Source: Felis catus
Taxonomy: Eukaryota
DNA: 64,000 bases
Assembly (NCBI RefSeq): GCF_018350175.1
Contig: NC_058368.1
Coordinates: 218,986,001-219,050,000, forward strand
Reading direction: 5' to 3'
Shown here: one piece after another, positions 13,130 through 25,699 of the stretch
How positions within the stretch are numbered: position 1 is the first letter of the stretch
Layout of the letters: every line of letters starts with the position of its first letter
Translations under genes and position numbers: made by a program
Notes under the pieces: generated by a model
What the model was told of the DNA's origin: nothing
The model's database searches: none
What the model saw: the letters and a program-made list of their open reading frames with translations, nothing else

Positions 13130-13445
13130 AATATAGCAACGGGTATAGGAGTCCCCAACACTAACATCTGGGACTCAGTGTTTTAGGGAACCAGGCTGGC
13201 ATTCACAGCCACAGGTGGTATCCTCCTGTTGGCCAGAAATAATCTTACAGGACGCCAACATCAGATAAGATCACTCTGGGACCATGATTAAGGGAGACTT
13301 AAAACAAGAGTGCATCATAATCTTCACCAAGTGCAGACAAGAGTAGGTCGCTATGCAAACCACGAAACATCAAACATTCCCTTCTCCCCGCAAATTCGAG
13401 TCACTGCTGCTCCCTCACCAACTACAATTTTAGCTTCTTTTTATT
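13130..13445 (+). mobile_element. Probable ERV LTR fragment (family unresolved)
   Basis: GC-richer block; caacatcagataagatcactctgggaccatga and gagtcactgctgct..ccaactacaattttagc resemble ERV1-class LTRs. Confidence 0.4.
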
Positions 13446-14511
13446 TCATCCTATGCTCTTAGCAATCCTATAAACTGTTCTCTGTGAATTTATATATAAA
13501 CTGGTTTTGTTTCAATGGGGAGTGAGGAAAAGTTTAGGCCATATATATTATACTCTTATATGTGTCTGTAGAGTACAATTTAGGGAGAGAGCCTCTGTCT
13601 TCATGTTCTGGTCTCAACCAGTCCATTTATCTCTAACTTCATGTGTTCTCAGAATCTTAGTGAACTCAGCCATAAAAATTACACTTAAGGAAAGAGATTG
13701 GTCAAACAATATTGCGGCAAGAATTGTTCATTGTGCAATTTCTTGGAAGGAATGGATAATTTTAGGTTGTGATAATTATAGAAAACAATGTAGGGCTAGC
13801 AAGACTGGGGTCCTGGAGTCAGGTTGAGTTTAGTAAGAGGGGTGGAGAGAACAGTTGGAGGCTGAAGTCTTGCAAGGATCTCAGTAAACATGTTTGGTCC
13901 GTTAGGGATCTTCCCCAGTAGATAATTTTCAGGGGATACATAGCCCACCTGTTGTTACTATTACTGTGTCATCCTGTCTATTCTCAAGCAGTGCCTTGGT
14001 GTTATGTCTCAGTTTTCTTTTGGCTTCTTTTGTGCCTTGACATGGTGATCTTCTAGGGGTAAAGAGGGTGACACAAAAGAGCACAGCCATCAAACTATGT
14101 TATGAGCCGTTCCCTGTCTAAAGCCACAGCAGACAGTACTTCATTATAATAATTTTTTCCACACTGGGACACAGCTACCCTCTATCTCCTCAGATCTCTC
14201 TTAAGGTTTGTTGTTGTTGTTGTTTTGTTTTGCTTTGCTTTATTATCTATCATCTATCGATCATCTATTTATTTTTCTATTATTACTAAGCAAGGACCTC
14301 TGTTATTTCTCCCTCAGAGCCATGGTTGGTTATGGATGCCTACTTTTCTAGTATTGCCAACTTTTCCAAGTTCATATTTTGAGGAATATTTATTGAACCT
14401 TTATTCTTCCTTTCTGTTTTTGTTTTTTAGTACAGATTTGGAAAAATCACAGAAATGTAAGGAAGAATATTTATTGATCCCCAAGTCTTTAAAAGCTTGG
14501 TACATAATGCC

Positions 14512-14550
<39 letters not shown>
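14512..14550. repeat. (TTA)n microsatellite
   Basis: About 13 TTA units seen directly. Confidence 0.95.
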
Positions 14551-14556
<6 letters not shown>

Positions 14557-16637
14557 TTATTTTATTTTATTTTTCATGAGATTGAGAGAAGATTTATAAA
14601 TTTCTTTAGCTCCTGATTGGAAGAGAATAGAGCACAATCTCAGCATTTCATTGCGGATTCTCCTCAATTATTTATTAGACCTTGTTTCTTGGTTACTTCT
14701 TACACCTTTTTTAATAATCTACCCATTCAAGGAGTTCCAACTTCTTTTCAATTTGAATATATTATCCAGTACTCTATTTAGTATACACATATTCACATAT
14801 ATGTATGTGAATCTTTCTCTCACACACACAAATGTACACTCACAACCACTCAAGTAAAGGTAAAAGAAATCCTCAATACTAAAAGTGAATATTAAAAATA
14901 AATGTATAATATAATATATAACTGAATATATATGATGCAAAAAGATGTAAAGCCACAATACGATTAGCTTAGTCACATTTTACATGTTACCCCATCAAGA
15001 AAAATGTTAGTTTTACTTTTTAATCAGATACACACAACGCAAGCGACTCATTAATATGTTGAATGCCAGTAACATACTTTGTATTTTAATACTATAAGGC
15101 TACATGCATTGTTCAGTTGAAGGTGATTTGTAAATAAACAAAATAGGTTATTTACTTCTTGAATACATAGTTACAGGAGCATGACTCATTTCTAATTTTA
15201 AATTCATTATTATTATCCTTTCTTTGCCAATGATTTCCTATTTGTTTCTCAGTAGTACAAGGTGTTGCCTTTAATTTAAAACTTGGTATTGGAGCCTGGT
15301 TATTCTTTTATTTTTCTTACAGCACCAAAATCCTCTGAAAATTTCCATAGACAATCAATTTCCTTTAAAATATGAGTTGAAAATATCAGTGCTTGGTGTT
15401 CATGAAGTATAATTAATGGCAATAGATTGGAAAGATTCATAGAAACATTCAGTATATCACTTTAATATTTTACTATAAGTCTCCTCTAAGTATAATTCTG
15501 TCATATAACTTCTTTACTCCTAACAAATGTAATAAATCATGTTAAGAAAGAATGATGAAATTAAAAATAAATTAATTAAAATTTTATTAATTAGCAAAAA
15601 TCAAATAATCCAAAACAGGAGCAATAAACTGTTATAAGTACATCATTTTCTACAACAAAGAAAAATAATTTCATGAAATTAAAGGTTTGGAAGGATTTAG
15701 ATAATGTGCGTCATTTAAACATCTCTATATTTAACTTGACCAGATTTATTACATTGTTTTCATCACAGTTAAACATTTATTCAGATTTAAATGTCAAAAT
15801 GTTAAGTCCCAAAATGTATAACATTAATTATGTATCATATTTTATTCTAGAAGAGAAAATGGCCTGGTCTCAGGTATAGTTGCTTACAGCTTGAATCGTT
15901 TATAGTAAATTTTTATATGCAGCATTGGTACCATTTCTTTCATTCAGGGAAATAAAATATTTTTTCTGGAATGTAGTAGGGTACAAAATATATGGAAATC
16001 TTATTAAATAGGATCAAATGAAATAGTATAGATGTCCCAGACCATAAAATCTATGAAGAAGCAACTGATTTAATACCCAAAGTGCTACTTGCAGACCTAA
16101 TTATTCATTTATGTTTGACGTTAAAACAAATTTTGAATAAATACTGTAAAGTACTTTGTCTAGGTACAGTCTTATATTGGCCATAATAAAGGTGAATTTT
16201 TTACTGGTAGTTGGATTATTCTGGCAGTCTCCATATTCTCATTATTAGATCATATACTGAAAGGTATTCTGCTCACCTTTGTTTGATTTAATTGATTATA
16301 AGGGAATATTTATCATAGGTCTTAAATATTGGTTTAAAATTACAAAAAAAAAAAACCATAAAGACAATTGAGTCAGTATTGTTTTGCTTGTATAAAGAGT
16401 ACCAAAATAAATATTTTCTATTTGATCTGTTTGGAATTATTTTGTTGGAAAAATAATTATGTAAGTTCCAGATAAAGAGATATTTTTCTCTTTAAATTGC
16501 AAGAGTAATAACAGATAACAACATTCTAAACTATATTTCTATACATATTTCCCATTTGGCAATCCTATTCCCATTAAATTAACTAATCACCTTCCTGGAG
16601 TGAGAATTTCATGCTTCAAATAGGGGTTGATTAAAGA

Positions 16638-16710
16638 TTAGTATTCCTGGTAGTTGGTCACCTGCTCATCATTAGAGTTCAAGGGCTCTGGCTCCTCAGA
16701 TGAATGAACA
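16638..16710 (-). CDS. Candidate coding (possibly terminal) exon of an unidentified gene: VHSSEEPEPLNSNDEQVTNYQEY*
   Basis: Acceptor ttctttgcag| on the minus strand, open frame to TAA at 16638, GC-richer than its flanks, inside a repeat-poor block; no homolog recognised. Confidence 0.3.
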
Positions 16711-17899
16711 CTGCAAAGAATTCTGAATATTTTAAATGCATGGTTTGCTAACTTGCTCTCCATGTGTCTGAAATTGCCCAGTATGCTCACATATTTTTTA
16801 TTTGTGCCATTCTTATATATTATTACTGAATACACTTAGGGAAAAAAAAGACATAATCAAAACCATTTTGACTGAATTTAACTTAAAATCAGGCCATAGA
16901 GTAGGGGCTTATTTTTCTCTTACTTTCAAAAGTAAATATATTTTTGAAAATGTGTTTACAAGTTAGGTAACTGAAAATTCAGTGCTCCCATGTATCAGGA
17001 AATTACTTTTTTTCTGGAAATTAACTTGATAAGTCATATACTTTCCCTCCTTTCCCATTAACAATAAATACTTAAATCATCTCAGAAAGCCATATTGTAA
17101 AACTTTCAGGTTAGGAAATATATATACATTTTTTAATCATTATAGCCCTTTGTATAATCATCTTACTGTTTGAGGAAATAAAGATAAATTCCAGACAGGT
17201 TTGTTAGGAGTTGTATTAATATTTATTTCTTAACATCCTTAATATTCATATTGGACTAAAAGTATCTAAACAACAAGGTAATTCAGGGATCTGCCTCCCC
17301 AACTTACTGCTAAGAGAATTTAGGAAAGCACATTCATTCAAGCTACTAGAGAACTGTTTGGCACACATCTGGTCTATGTACCCCAAAGTGATAAGTCAAC
17401 TGCTTCCCAGCAAGGCTATATGTATCTGTCTCCTCATGTAAAGTACATAGGTAATTCACAGTGAAGAACTTTGCAGTATAACTGTTCCATTTTTCTAATT
17501 ATTTTAAGGTAGTAGCTGTTATATAATTACATAGAAGTCATTTAAATCTCAGCAAACCAAAGAAAATATCAAGTAGTAAATTCTGAGATAGAATTAGAAT
17601 GCCAGTGATGAGTCCCACTGTGGTGAAATTAAAGTGTATAATCTGAAGAAGCAAAGGCACGTTTTGAAGCATCTGTCCTATTAGTTGATGCAAAAACAAA
17701 TTAGAAGAATTGCTAAAAAATGGATGTTTAGTATGTTGTAAAGACCTAAAAGTTATTTACCCTAAATTATGTGGAATTATTAGTTGTATCTGCAATAATT
17801 TTGAAATGTAAAAATTATCTCTACAAGACTAGATAAACTTGAGATCAGCTTCTAAAATATAAATTAGAAAAAAAAAATTAAAAAAAAAAAAAGAAAAAA

Positions 17900-18145
17900 G
17901 GGGCGCCTGGGTGGCGCAGTCGGTTAAGCGTCCGACTTCAGCCAGGTCACGATCTCGCGATCCATGAGTTCCAGCCCTGCGTCAGGCTCTGGGCTGATGG
18001 CTCGGAGCCTGGAGCTTGTTTCCGATTCTGTGTCTCCCTCTCTCTCTGCCCCTCCCCCGTTCATGCTCTGTCTCTCTCTGTCCCAAAAATAAATAAACGT
18101 TGAAAAAAAAATTTAAAAAAAATAAAAAATAAAATAAAAATAAAA
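17900..18145 (+). mobile_element. Young SINEC_Fc-type SINE
   Basis: ggggcgcctgggtggcgcagtcggttaagcgtccgac head, long A-rich tail; TSD taaaatataaattag at 17853-17867 and 18146-18160. Confidence 0.95.
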
Positions 18146-18169
18146 TAAAATATAAATTAGGCAGTTTAT

Positions 18170-18321
18170 GGAGTGCCTGAATTGCTCAGTCGGTTAAGCA
18201 TCCAACTTTGGCTAAGTCATGATCTCATGGTTCATGAGTTTTAAACCCCATGTCAGGCTCTGTGCTGACAGCTCAGAGCCTGGAGCCTGCTTCAGATTCT
18301 ATTCCTCCCTCCTTTTGTGCC

Positions 18322-18374
<53 letters not shown>

Positions 18375-18401
18375 ACACAAATAAACATTAAAAAATAATA
18401 A
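18170..18401 (+). mobile_element. Older Can-SINE with expanded (CT)n and 21-bp TSD
   Basis: TSD taaaatataaattaggcagtt at 18146-18166 and 18402-18422. Confidence 0.92.
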
Positions 18402-18662
18402 TAAAATATAAATTAGGCAGTTGAATCATGAAATGATTGGCATTATAGGAAAAATTTATTTCAAAAACCAAAACATAGGAAATGAGATCATATTCAGTGT
18501 CTCCGTTTTTTCTTATGTTCATAAAGGGTGAGAGCATACCTCCCCTACAAATCTGCTTAAAACAAATCTTCGTAAAACAACTGAACCCACACCAGTGCCT
18601 GAACCCAATTTCCCAGCCCCCAAAATCTTCAAGAAAGCATGTCATATTGTGCTTTAACTTTG

Positions 18663-19109
18663 TGTTATGAATTGAATTATGTCCCTCCAAAGAGATAAGT
18701 TGAAATTCTAAGTCAGAATTGTGACCTTATTTGTGAATAGGGACTTTACAGAGATAATCAAGTTAAAATGTGGTTATTAGGATGCATCCTAATCTAATAT
18801 GACTGGAGTCTTAAAAAATGGGGAATTTGGAAACAGAGACAGACATACAAAGAAAGAAAACTATGTGAAGACACACACGAAGAAAATTGCCACATGATTG
18901 GACCAATGTGTCCATGAGCCAGAGAACTCCAGAAGCTAGAAAAAGCAAGGAAATATTCTCCTCAAAATCCAGAGGAGAGAACATGGGCTTACTGGCACCT
19001 TGCTTTGGGGCTTCTGTCCTCCACAACTTTGAGAAAGTACACTTCTGTCATTCAAAGCCAGCCAGTTTTTTTTTTGTACTTCATTACAGCAGCCCTAAGA
19101 AACTAATTA
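18663..19109 (+). mobile_element. MaLR solo LTR (MLT1B/C-like)
   Basis: Starts tgttatgaattgaattatgtccctcc, contains gtgaccttatttg..aataggg, ends ttacagcagccctaagaaactaat. Confidence 0.85.
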
Positions 19110-20710
19110 ACTTTGCATATCTTATGTATCTTACCATAGATCACTGGGGTAAACATAGTTCAGCTTAAGAAATATTCATCAAAATGGATTAGTCAGGAAC
19201 CCTATATAAAAGAGGAGGTGGTAAAGCAGGAGAAAGAGAAGAAACAGTCACCATAACAGCAAAACATTTCACAAAAGAAACCCTGTAGAACTTGAAGATG
19301 AAAAGGAATATAATGCATTGAAGTAGGCTAAGAAACAATGGTCAGAAATATAGAAGAAACCTAGACTATATTTTATGGAAACAAAGAGTAAAAGTGGAAA
19401 TGGAAATGCTGAACCATGAGAAATAAAAGAGAGGACAGAAAGAGGAGAGTCTTGCACTTCTCAGTTGTGTGATTGCTATTTGCAATCAAGAGGAGCCTGA
19501 CTTCTTTACATGTGAAATATTTAAACTATGGGTGTCCATGTTATTATTCTATTACTTTAATGAGAAAGTGTTCACTTCACAATGCTGGAACATTCCTCTG
19601 TGTGTTATTGTGGAAAGACTGTTGAACCTCAATGGATAAAAGTCACTTAGTGGCAGCCATGTATGGGGTGAGAAGGACCTCCTCATGACATTATCTCATT
19701 CCAATTAATTTTCTCTTTACATATTCCTAGAGTCCCAATCTCATTGACTTGGACCTGACATGAGTAAAACACTAGATGACTAAATAATTTAGTACATCAA
19801 AATTGCCAAGGCATCATTTATCCACGTGTTTATCTTTTAACTGAAATTTGCTGGCATTGAGAAATGTGTGCATTTATCTGGAAGCTCTTTTTTTCTTTTT
19901 CAAGAAAAATTCTTTATTAAAGGAAGGAATTAGACCAATAGGATAGCCATATATTATTTAAGATTGAGTAGAACTTAATGATAGACCATGAGCAGAAAGG
20001 AAATCTCCATGGGCAGAGGAGAGGACAGAAAGAGGAAATACATTTTCATGCTTCAGTATTTTTGTTATCTGTAAAACACCATTAATAATAATTTTGAGAA
20101 AATTGTGTGATATAATATATGTAACGGTTTTATAACAGTGGCTATACATTTCTTATTGTGGTTTTGCTCAGATTACAGACTTTTCTAGTAGAAAACAGAA
20201 CTTTACACAACAAAATTTTCTTCACTGAATAATACTATAAAATGTCTTCCAAATTATTACCTATGATTTATTTTTTCCCAATCTAAGTAAAATGTGTTAT
20301 ATTGAAATATAAAAACAGATTCTTCCCATCTTGAAACCATATTATTTGTCATACAAACTAAAATAAGTGAATATCCTGGGACTAAGATCTCAGAAAGACA
20401 GAACCCCCAAAACCAAGTTCAACATTTTAGGTGTATTTTTGTTCCAAATTCAAAAGCAGTGATTGAGACACTGAGGAGTCCATGTATATGTTGGTAGATT
20501 CATCAGGGCAAACTTATAGATCAGGGTAGACCAATGGGGAAGAGTCCTGCCAAGCTTCCCCAACTTTTAGTAGGAACTTTGAGGCTACACTTAGGAATAA
20601 ATGTAAACTTGAAAGACAGCATCCTTCTCAAGATTTTAATTAAGCCAGTTTCAAGAGAATAGAATTTTTGACTGGATTAATTTGATCTATAATTCCAACT
20701 GTATCTAACT

Positions 20711-21210
20711 GAGTGGCTTTCATATTTTCAGGACTCAGAACACCTTTTATACCGTTAAACGGTATTGAGGACACCAACGAGTTTTGGTTATATGATTGAT
20801 ATCTATTGATATTTATCATATTATAAATTGCAACAGAACTTTTTAAAATATGATTATTAATTTATTTACACATAACAAAGACCTAAAATATATTGACCTA
20901 GATAACCTACATTATGAAATAGACATTATGAAATTGAGAAGCACTTCATTGTTCTATATTTGTTGAAATATCTTTAAAGTCTGGTGTAATAGAAGAATGC
21001 TAGACTATCATATTTGCTTCTGCATTTGATTTGTTGTAGAATCACATGTCATATAACTTCAGGAAAGCATCACTGTGTACTCATGAGAGAATGAGTGTAA
21101 AAAGCCAAATAACATCTTAGTATTATTGTGAAAATCATTTTGGTGCAGTGGCCCTCCTGACAGTTATATGGATCCCCATAGGTTGCCCAGCCACATTTGA
21201 GAACCTTGCT
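20711..21210 (+). mobile_element. hAT-Charlie non-autonomous DNA transposon (MER119-like)
   Basis: Degenerate Charlie ends (gagtggctttcata.. / ..catttgagaacc); internal tattgaggacacc and aaataacatcttagtattattgtgaaaat motifs. Confidence 0.6.
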
Positions 21211-21948
21211 GTAACTGAACTGCCTGACAGTAGCAAACATAGTTATTCTCAAGAGTAGTGTTTCTCAATTTTTTTCTTCATTACCATTCATCTAAGAAGC
21301 ATTTTTTTTTGTATATTGTTGCTAGTCACACTTCCCTTATGAAATTAACTAAGGGAAAAGATTTTGTTGGTTAGGTTTGAGCTCTTAGAAGTCACAAATA
21401 CTTGTAATATTTAAGGGATTTTTTTGTCATATCTCAAGCTAGATTGTATGCTCTAGAGAAGGTCACTGTCATTCTGAGTCTCAGATCATGTCTACATTTT
21501 TTAAAATTACAAAGTATGATTGGAAGATGATGATGATGACGATGATACATGATAGATGATAGATAGAGACAGGGAGAGAGAGAAAATATAAATAGGTCCA
21601 CAGAAGACCTATTTAATTAAATAACCATACTTTAAAAATACGGACATAAAAAGTATAGAAATTAATTTGTTAATAATAAAAGACATATTTTGGATTTTCA
21701 TAGAGAGATAAAAGCTATAAAACCAAATAAAAATGACTTCCATTTATAGGTGTTATTTTACAGATTATTGAGGTACAATTAATAAATAAAAATACATACA
21801 TTTAATGAATATAATTGATGTGTTTGGACATATATACACTCTTATGATACCATCACTGTAATCAAGCAAAAAACATATCCATTACTGCCAAAAGTTTCCA
21901 TATGTCCCTTTGTTGTGTGTGTGTGCGTGTTAAAAACACTTAACAGAA

Positions 21949-23554
21949 TGCAATTGTAAGTGGGATTGTTTCCTTAATTTCTCTTTCTGCTGTTTCATTA
22001 TGGGTGTATAAAAATGCAACAGTTTTCTGTACTTTGATTTTGTCTCCTGAGACTTTTGTGAATTTGTTTATCAGTTTTAGCAGTTTTTGGGTGGAGTCTC
22101 TTGGGTTTTCAATATAGAATATCATGTCATCTACACATAGAGAAAGATTTACTTCTTCCTTGCCAGTTAGAGGCCTAGGAATAAACCAAGCAAAGATTTG
22201 AGTGATCTGTACTCTCAAAACTTATAAAACACTAATGAAAGAAATCGAAGATGACACGATGAAGTGGAAAGACATTCCAGACTGATGAATTGGAAGACTA
22301 ATTATTGTTAAAAGGTCTATACTACCCAAAGCAGTCTACATTTAACGCAATTCCTTTCAAAACACCAACAGCATTTTTCACAGAGCTAAAATAATCATAA
22401 AATTTTATGGAACCACAAAAGACCCTGAAAAGCCAAAGCAACCTTGAAAAGGAAAAACAAAGCAGGAGGCATCACAATTCTGGACTTGAAGTTGTATTAC
22501 AAAGCTGTAATGATCCATAAGTACAGGTACTGGCACAAAAATAGATACATGGATAAATGGAGCAAAATAGAACCCAGAAATTAAACCACAACTATATGGA
22601 CAATTAATCTTTGACAAATCAGGAAGGAATATCCAATGGAAAAAAGACAGTCTCTGCAACAAATGGTGTTGGGAAAACTGGACAGCAACATGGAAAACAA
22701 TGAAACTTGACCACTTCCTTACACCAAACACAAAAATAAATGCAAGATGGATAAAAGGCTTAAACGTGAGACAGGAAGTCATAAAAATCCTAAAGGAAAA
22801 CACAGTCAGTAACCAATTTTACATTGACTGTAGCAACTTACTAGATACGTCTCCTAAGGCAAGGAAAACAAAAGCAAAAAAAAAAAAAAAACTATTGGTA
22901 CTTCATCAAAATAAAATACTTCTGCACGGCAAAAGAAACAATCAACAAAACTAAAAGGTAACCTACAGAATGGGAGAAGATATTTGCAAGTGATATATCT
23001 GATAAAGGGTTAGTATCTAAAATATATAAAGAATTTCTAAGACACAACACCCCAAAGCAAATAATCCAATTTAAAAAATGGGCAGAAGTCATGAATAGAC
23101 ACTTTTCCAAAGAAGACACATAGATGTCCAAGATACACATGAAAGGTGTTCAACATCGCTTATCAATAGGGAAGTGGAAATCAAAACTGCAATGAGATGC
23201 AGAATGGCTAAAATCACACCTGTCAGAATGGCTAAAATCAACAACACAAGAAACCACAGGTGTGGGCAAGAATGTAGAGTAGGAGGAATACAAACTGGTA
23301 CGGCCACTCTGGGAATCATTATGGAGGTTCCTCAAAAAGTAACAAGTTGATCTACCTCCAATCTGGCAATTGCACTAGTAAATATTTACCCAAAGAATAC
23401 AAAAATACGTGTTCAAAGTGATACATGCACCCAGATGTTTATAGCAGCATTAGCTACAATAAGCCAAAGTATGGAAACAGTCAAAATATCCATTGACTGA
23501 TGAATTTATAAAGAAAAGGTGGTACATGTGCGTGCGTGCGCGCGCGCGCGCGCG

Positions 23555-23629
<75 letters not shown>

Positions 23630-24030
23630 GAATGTTACCCAGCCATAAAAAGAATGAAATCTTGCCATTTGAGGTGGCATGGAGGGAGCTAGAATGTATT
23701 ATGCTAAGCAAAATAAGTGAGTCCAAGAAAGACAAATACTCTATGATTTCACCTTATATGTGGAATTTAAGAAACAAAACAAACAAGCATAGGGGAGAAA
23801 AAGAGAGGGGAGGCAAATCAAGAAACAGACTCTTAACTATAGTGAACAAACTGATGGTTACCAGAGGGGAGGTTGGTGGGAGGATGACTTAAATAGGTGA
23901 TGGGTTTAAGGAATGTGTTTGCTGTGATGAGCACCGAGTGTTGTATGGAAGTGTTAAGTCACTGTATTGCATGCCTAAAACTAATATTATGCTGAATGTT
24001 AACTGGAATTTAAATAAAAATTTAAAAAAA
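21949..24030 (+). mobile_element. Carnivore L1, 5'-truncated with 5' inversion (minus 21949-~22168, plus ~22174-24030)
   Basis: ORF 21940..22218(-) has RT-like [15 protein letters not shown]; ORFs 22700..22954 and 23536..23892(+) are ORF2 C-terminal; 3' UTR and A tail end at ~24030. Confidence 0.9.
23522..23626. repeat. Compound (CG)n(CA)n(TA)n microsatellite
   Basis: 105 bp of unbroken purine/pyrimidine alternation including (CG)8. Confidence 0.95.
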
Positions 24031-25204
24031 CAATATGAGATCTACTTTCGTAACAAATTTTTAAGTGAACAACAACATGGTATTTACTATATGCAGGAAG
24101 TTTTTAAAACTTACTCATTTTGTATAATTATGACTTTATGCCATTAAGCAAACATTTACCACTTCTTACTTCCCCCCATCCCCTAGAAGCTACCATTTTA
24201 TTTATTGCTTCTCTAACTTTAACTGTTTTAAGTACTTCATCTAAGTTGAATTATGCAGTGTTTTTCCTTTTGTAAATGACTTATTTAACTTAATGTCTTC
24301 CAGGTCCGTCCATGTTGCTGGAAATAGCAGAATTTCCTTCTTTTAAAAGGCTAAATAATATTCTATTTTATCACATTATATATCACATTTTCTCTATGCA
24401 CTTGTTGACAAACATTTCAGTTGTTTATATAGCTTGGGTAAATTGTGAATAATGCTGAAATGAACATGGTCATAGAGCTATCTCTTTGAGATCCTGTTTC
24501 AATTATTTGGGATATGTAGTAAGAAATAGGATTACTATAATATATATAATATATTATATATATTACTATATATATTATATTACTATACTATTACTATATA
24601 TATTACTATATATATTACTATATTATATTATTATAGGATTACTATATTATGTGGTAGCTCTATATTAATTTTTGAGGAACCTCCATACTGTTTTCATAGA
24701 TATTATACCAAAGAATAAGCAACAAAAACGAAAATAGACAAGTGGCACTAAATGAAATGAAAAAGCTTCTGCACAGCAAAGGAACCAATCAGCAGTGAAA
24801 CAGTAACCTATAGAATGGGTAAGAATATTCACAAACCATATATCTGATAAGGGGTTAATTATCAAAATATGCAAGTAACTCTTACAAGTCAATAGCAAAA
24901 TAATAGTGATAGTAATAATAGTTCAATTAAAAAATGGACAAAGGATTTGAACGGATGTTTCTCCAAAGAAGACATACAAATGGGTATATTAAATAGTGCT
25001 CAACATTAATAATCAGGGTAATGCAAGTTAAAATCACAATGAGATATCACTACATATATGTTAGGATGTCTATCATTAAACAAACAAACAAACAAATCAA
25101 TAAATAGATGGTGTTGGCAGGGATGTGGACAAATTGGAATCCATGTAGACTGTTGGTGGGAATATAAAATGGTCTTAAAGTGAGGATAACACTTTAAAAA
25201 GAAA

Positions 25205-25675
25205 ACTTTAAATTATGAAATAATCATAGATTTATAGGAAGTTGTTAAAAATATGCAGGATGTCCTATATACTTTCACCAGTTTCTCCAAATGGTGACAT
25301 CTTGCATATTAATAAATCAATATAATCAGGAAATTGACATTTGTATAATACACAGATTTGTTTAGATTTCACAAGTTTACATGCAATCATTTATAAACAC
25401 AACGTATGTATATAGTCCTACATAATTTTATAACTCATGTACATTGATGAAACCACCACTACAATCAAGATACAAATCTATTCCATTAATAGAAGCCTCC
25501 TTCTTGCTTTCCTTTTCTTGCCAGATACTCTCATCCCCCAACTCCAGCTTCTGGCAACCATTAATTTCCTTTTTTTTTTTACTTTCAAAATGTTATATCA
25601 AATGAATCAAACAGTATGTAACATTTTCAGATTGTTTTTCTTTTTCACTGAGCACAATTCCCATGAGTTTTTGGA
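25205..25675 (-). mobile_element. Old L1 (L1MC/L1MD-like) 3' end
   Basis: gaaataatcatagatttataggaagttg..ttcaccagtttctccaaatggtgacatcttgcat pattern. Confidence 0.65.
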
Positions 25676-25699
25676 ATTTTTAACTTGAAATTTTTTGAA

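Larger units (their letters stand above)
21755..25173 (-). mobile_element. Older L1MA-like element (minus strand 21755-21945 and 24033-24700; inverted plus-strand piece 24701-25173), split by a younger L1
   Basis: 3' UTR reads through across the insertion (aaaacacttaaca ... tgagatctactttcgtaacaaatttttaagtg); strand switch at ~24700. Confidence 0.75.

Noticed and set aside
14420..15880. Several plus-strand acceptor-like sites (~14430, ~15322, ~15850) with short frames
   Set aside because: T-rich background produces many such sites, and I could not assemble a coherent reading frame
19400..20040. Shared motif gagaggacagaaagagga at ~19430 and ~20019
   Set aside because: Low-complexity purine-rich match of about 18 bp with no extended homology
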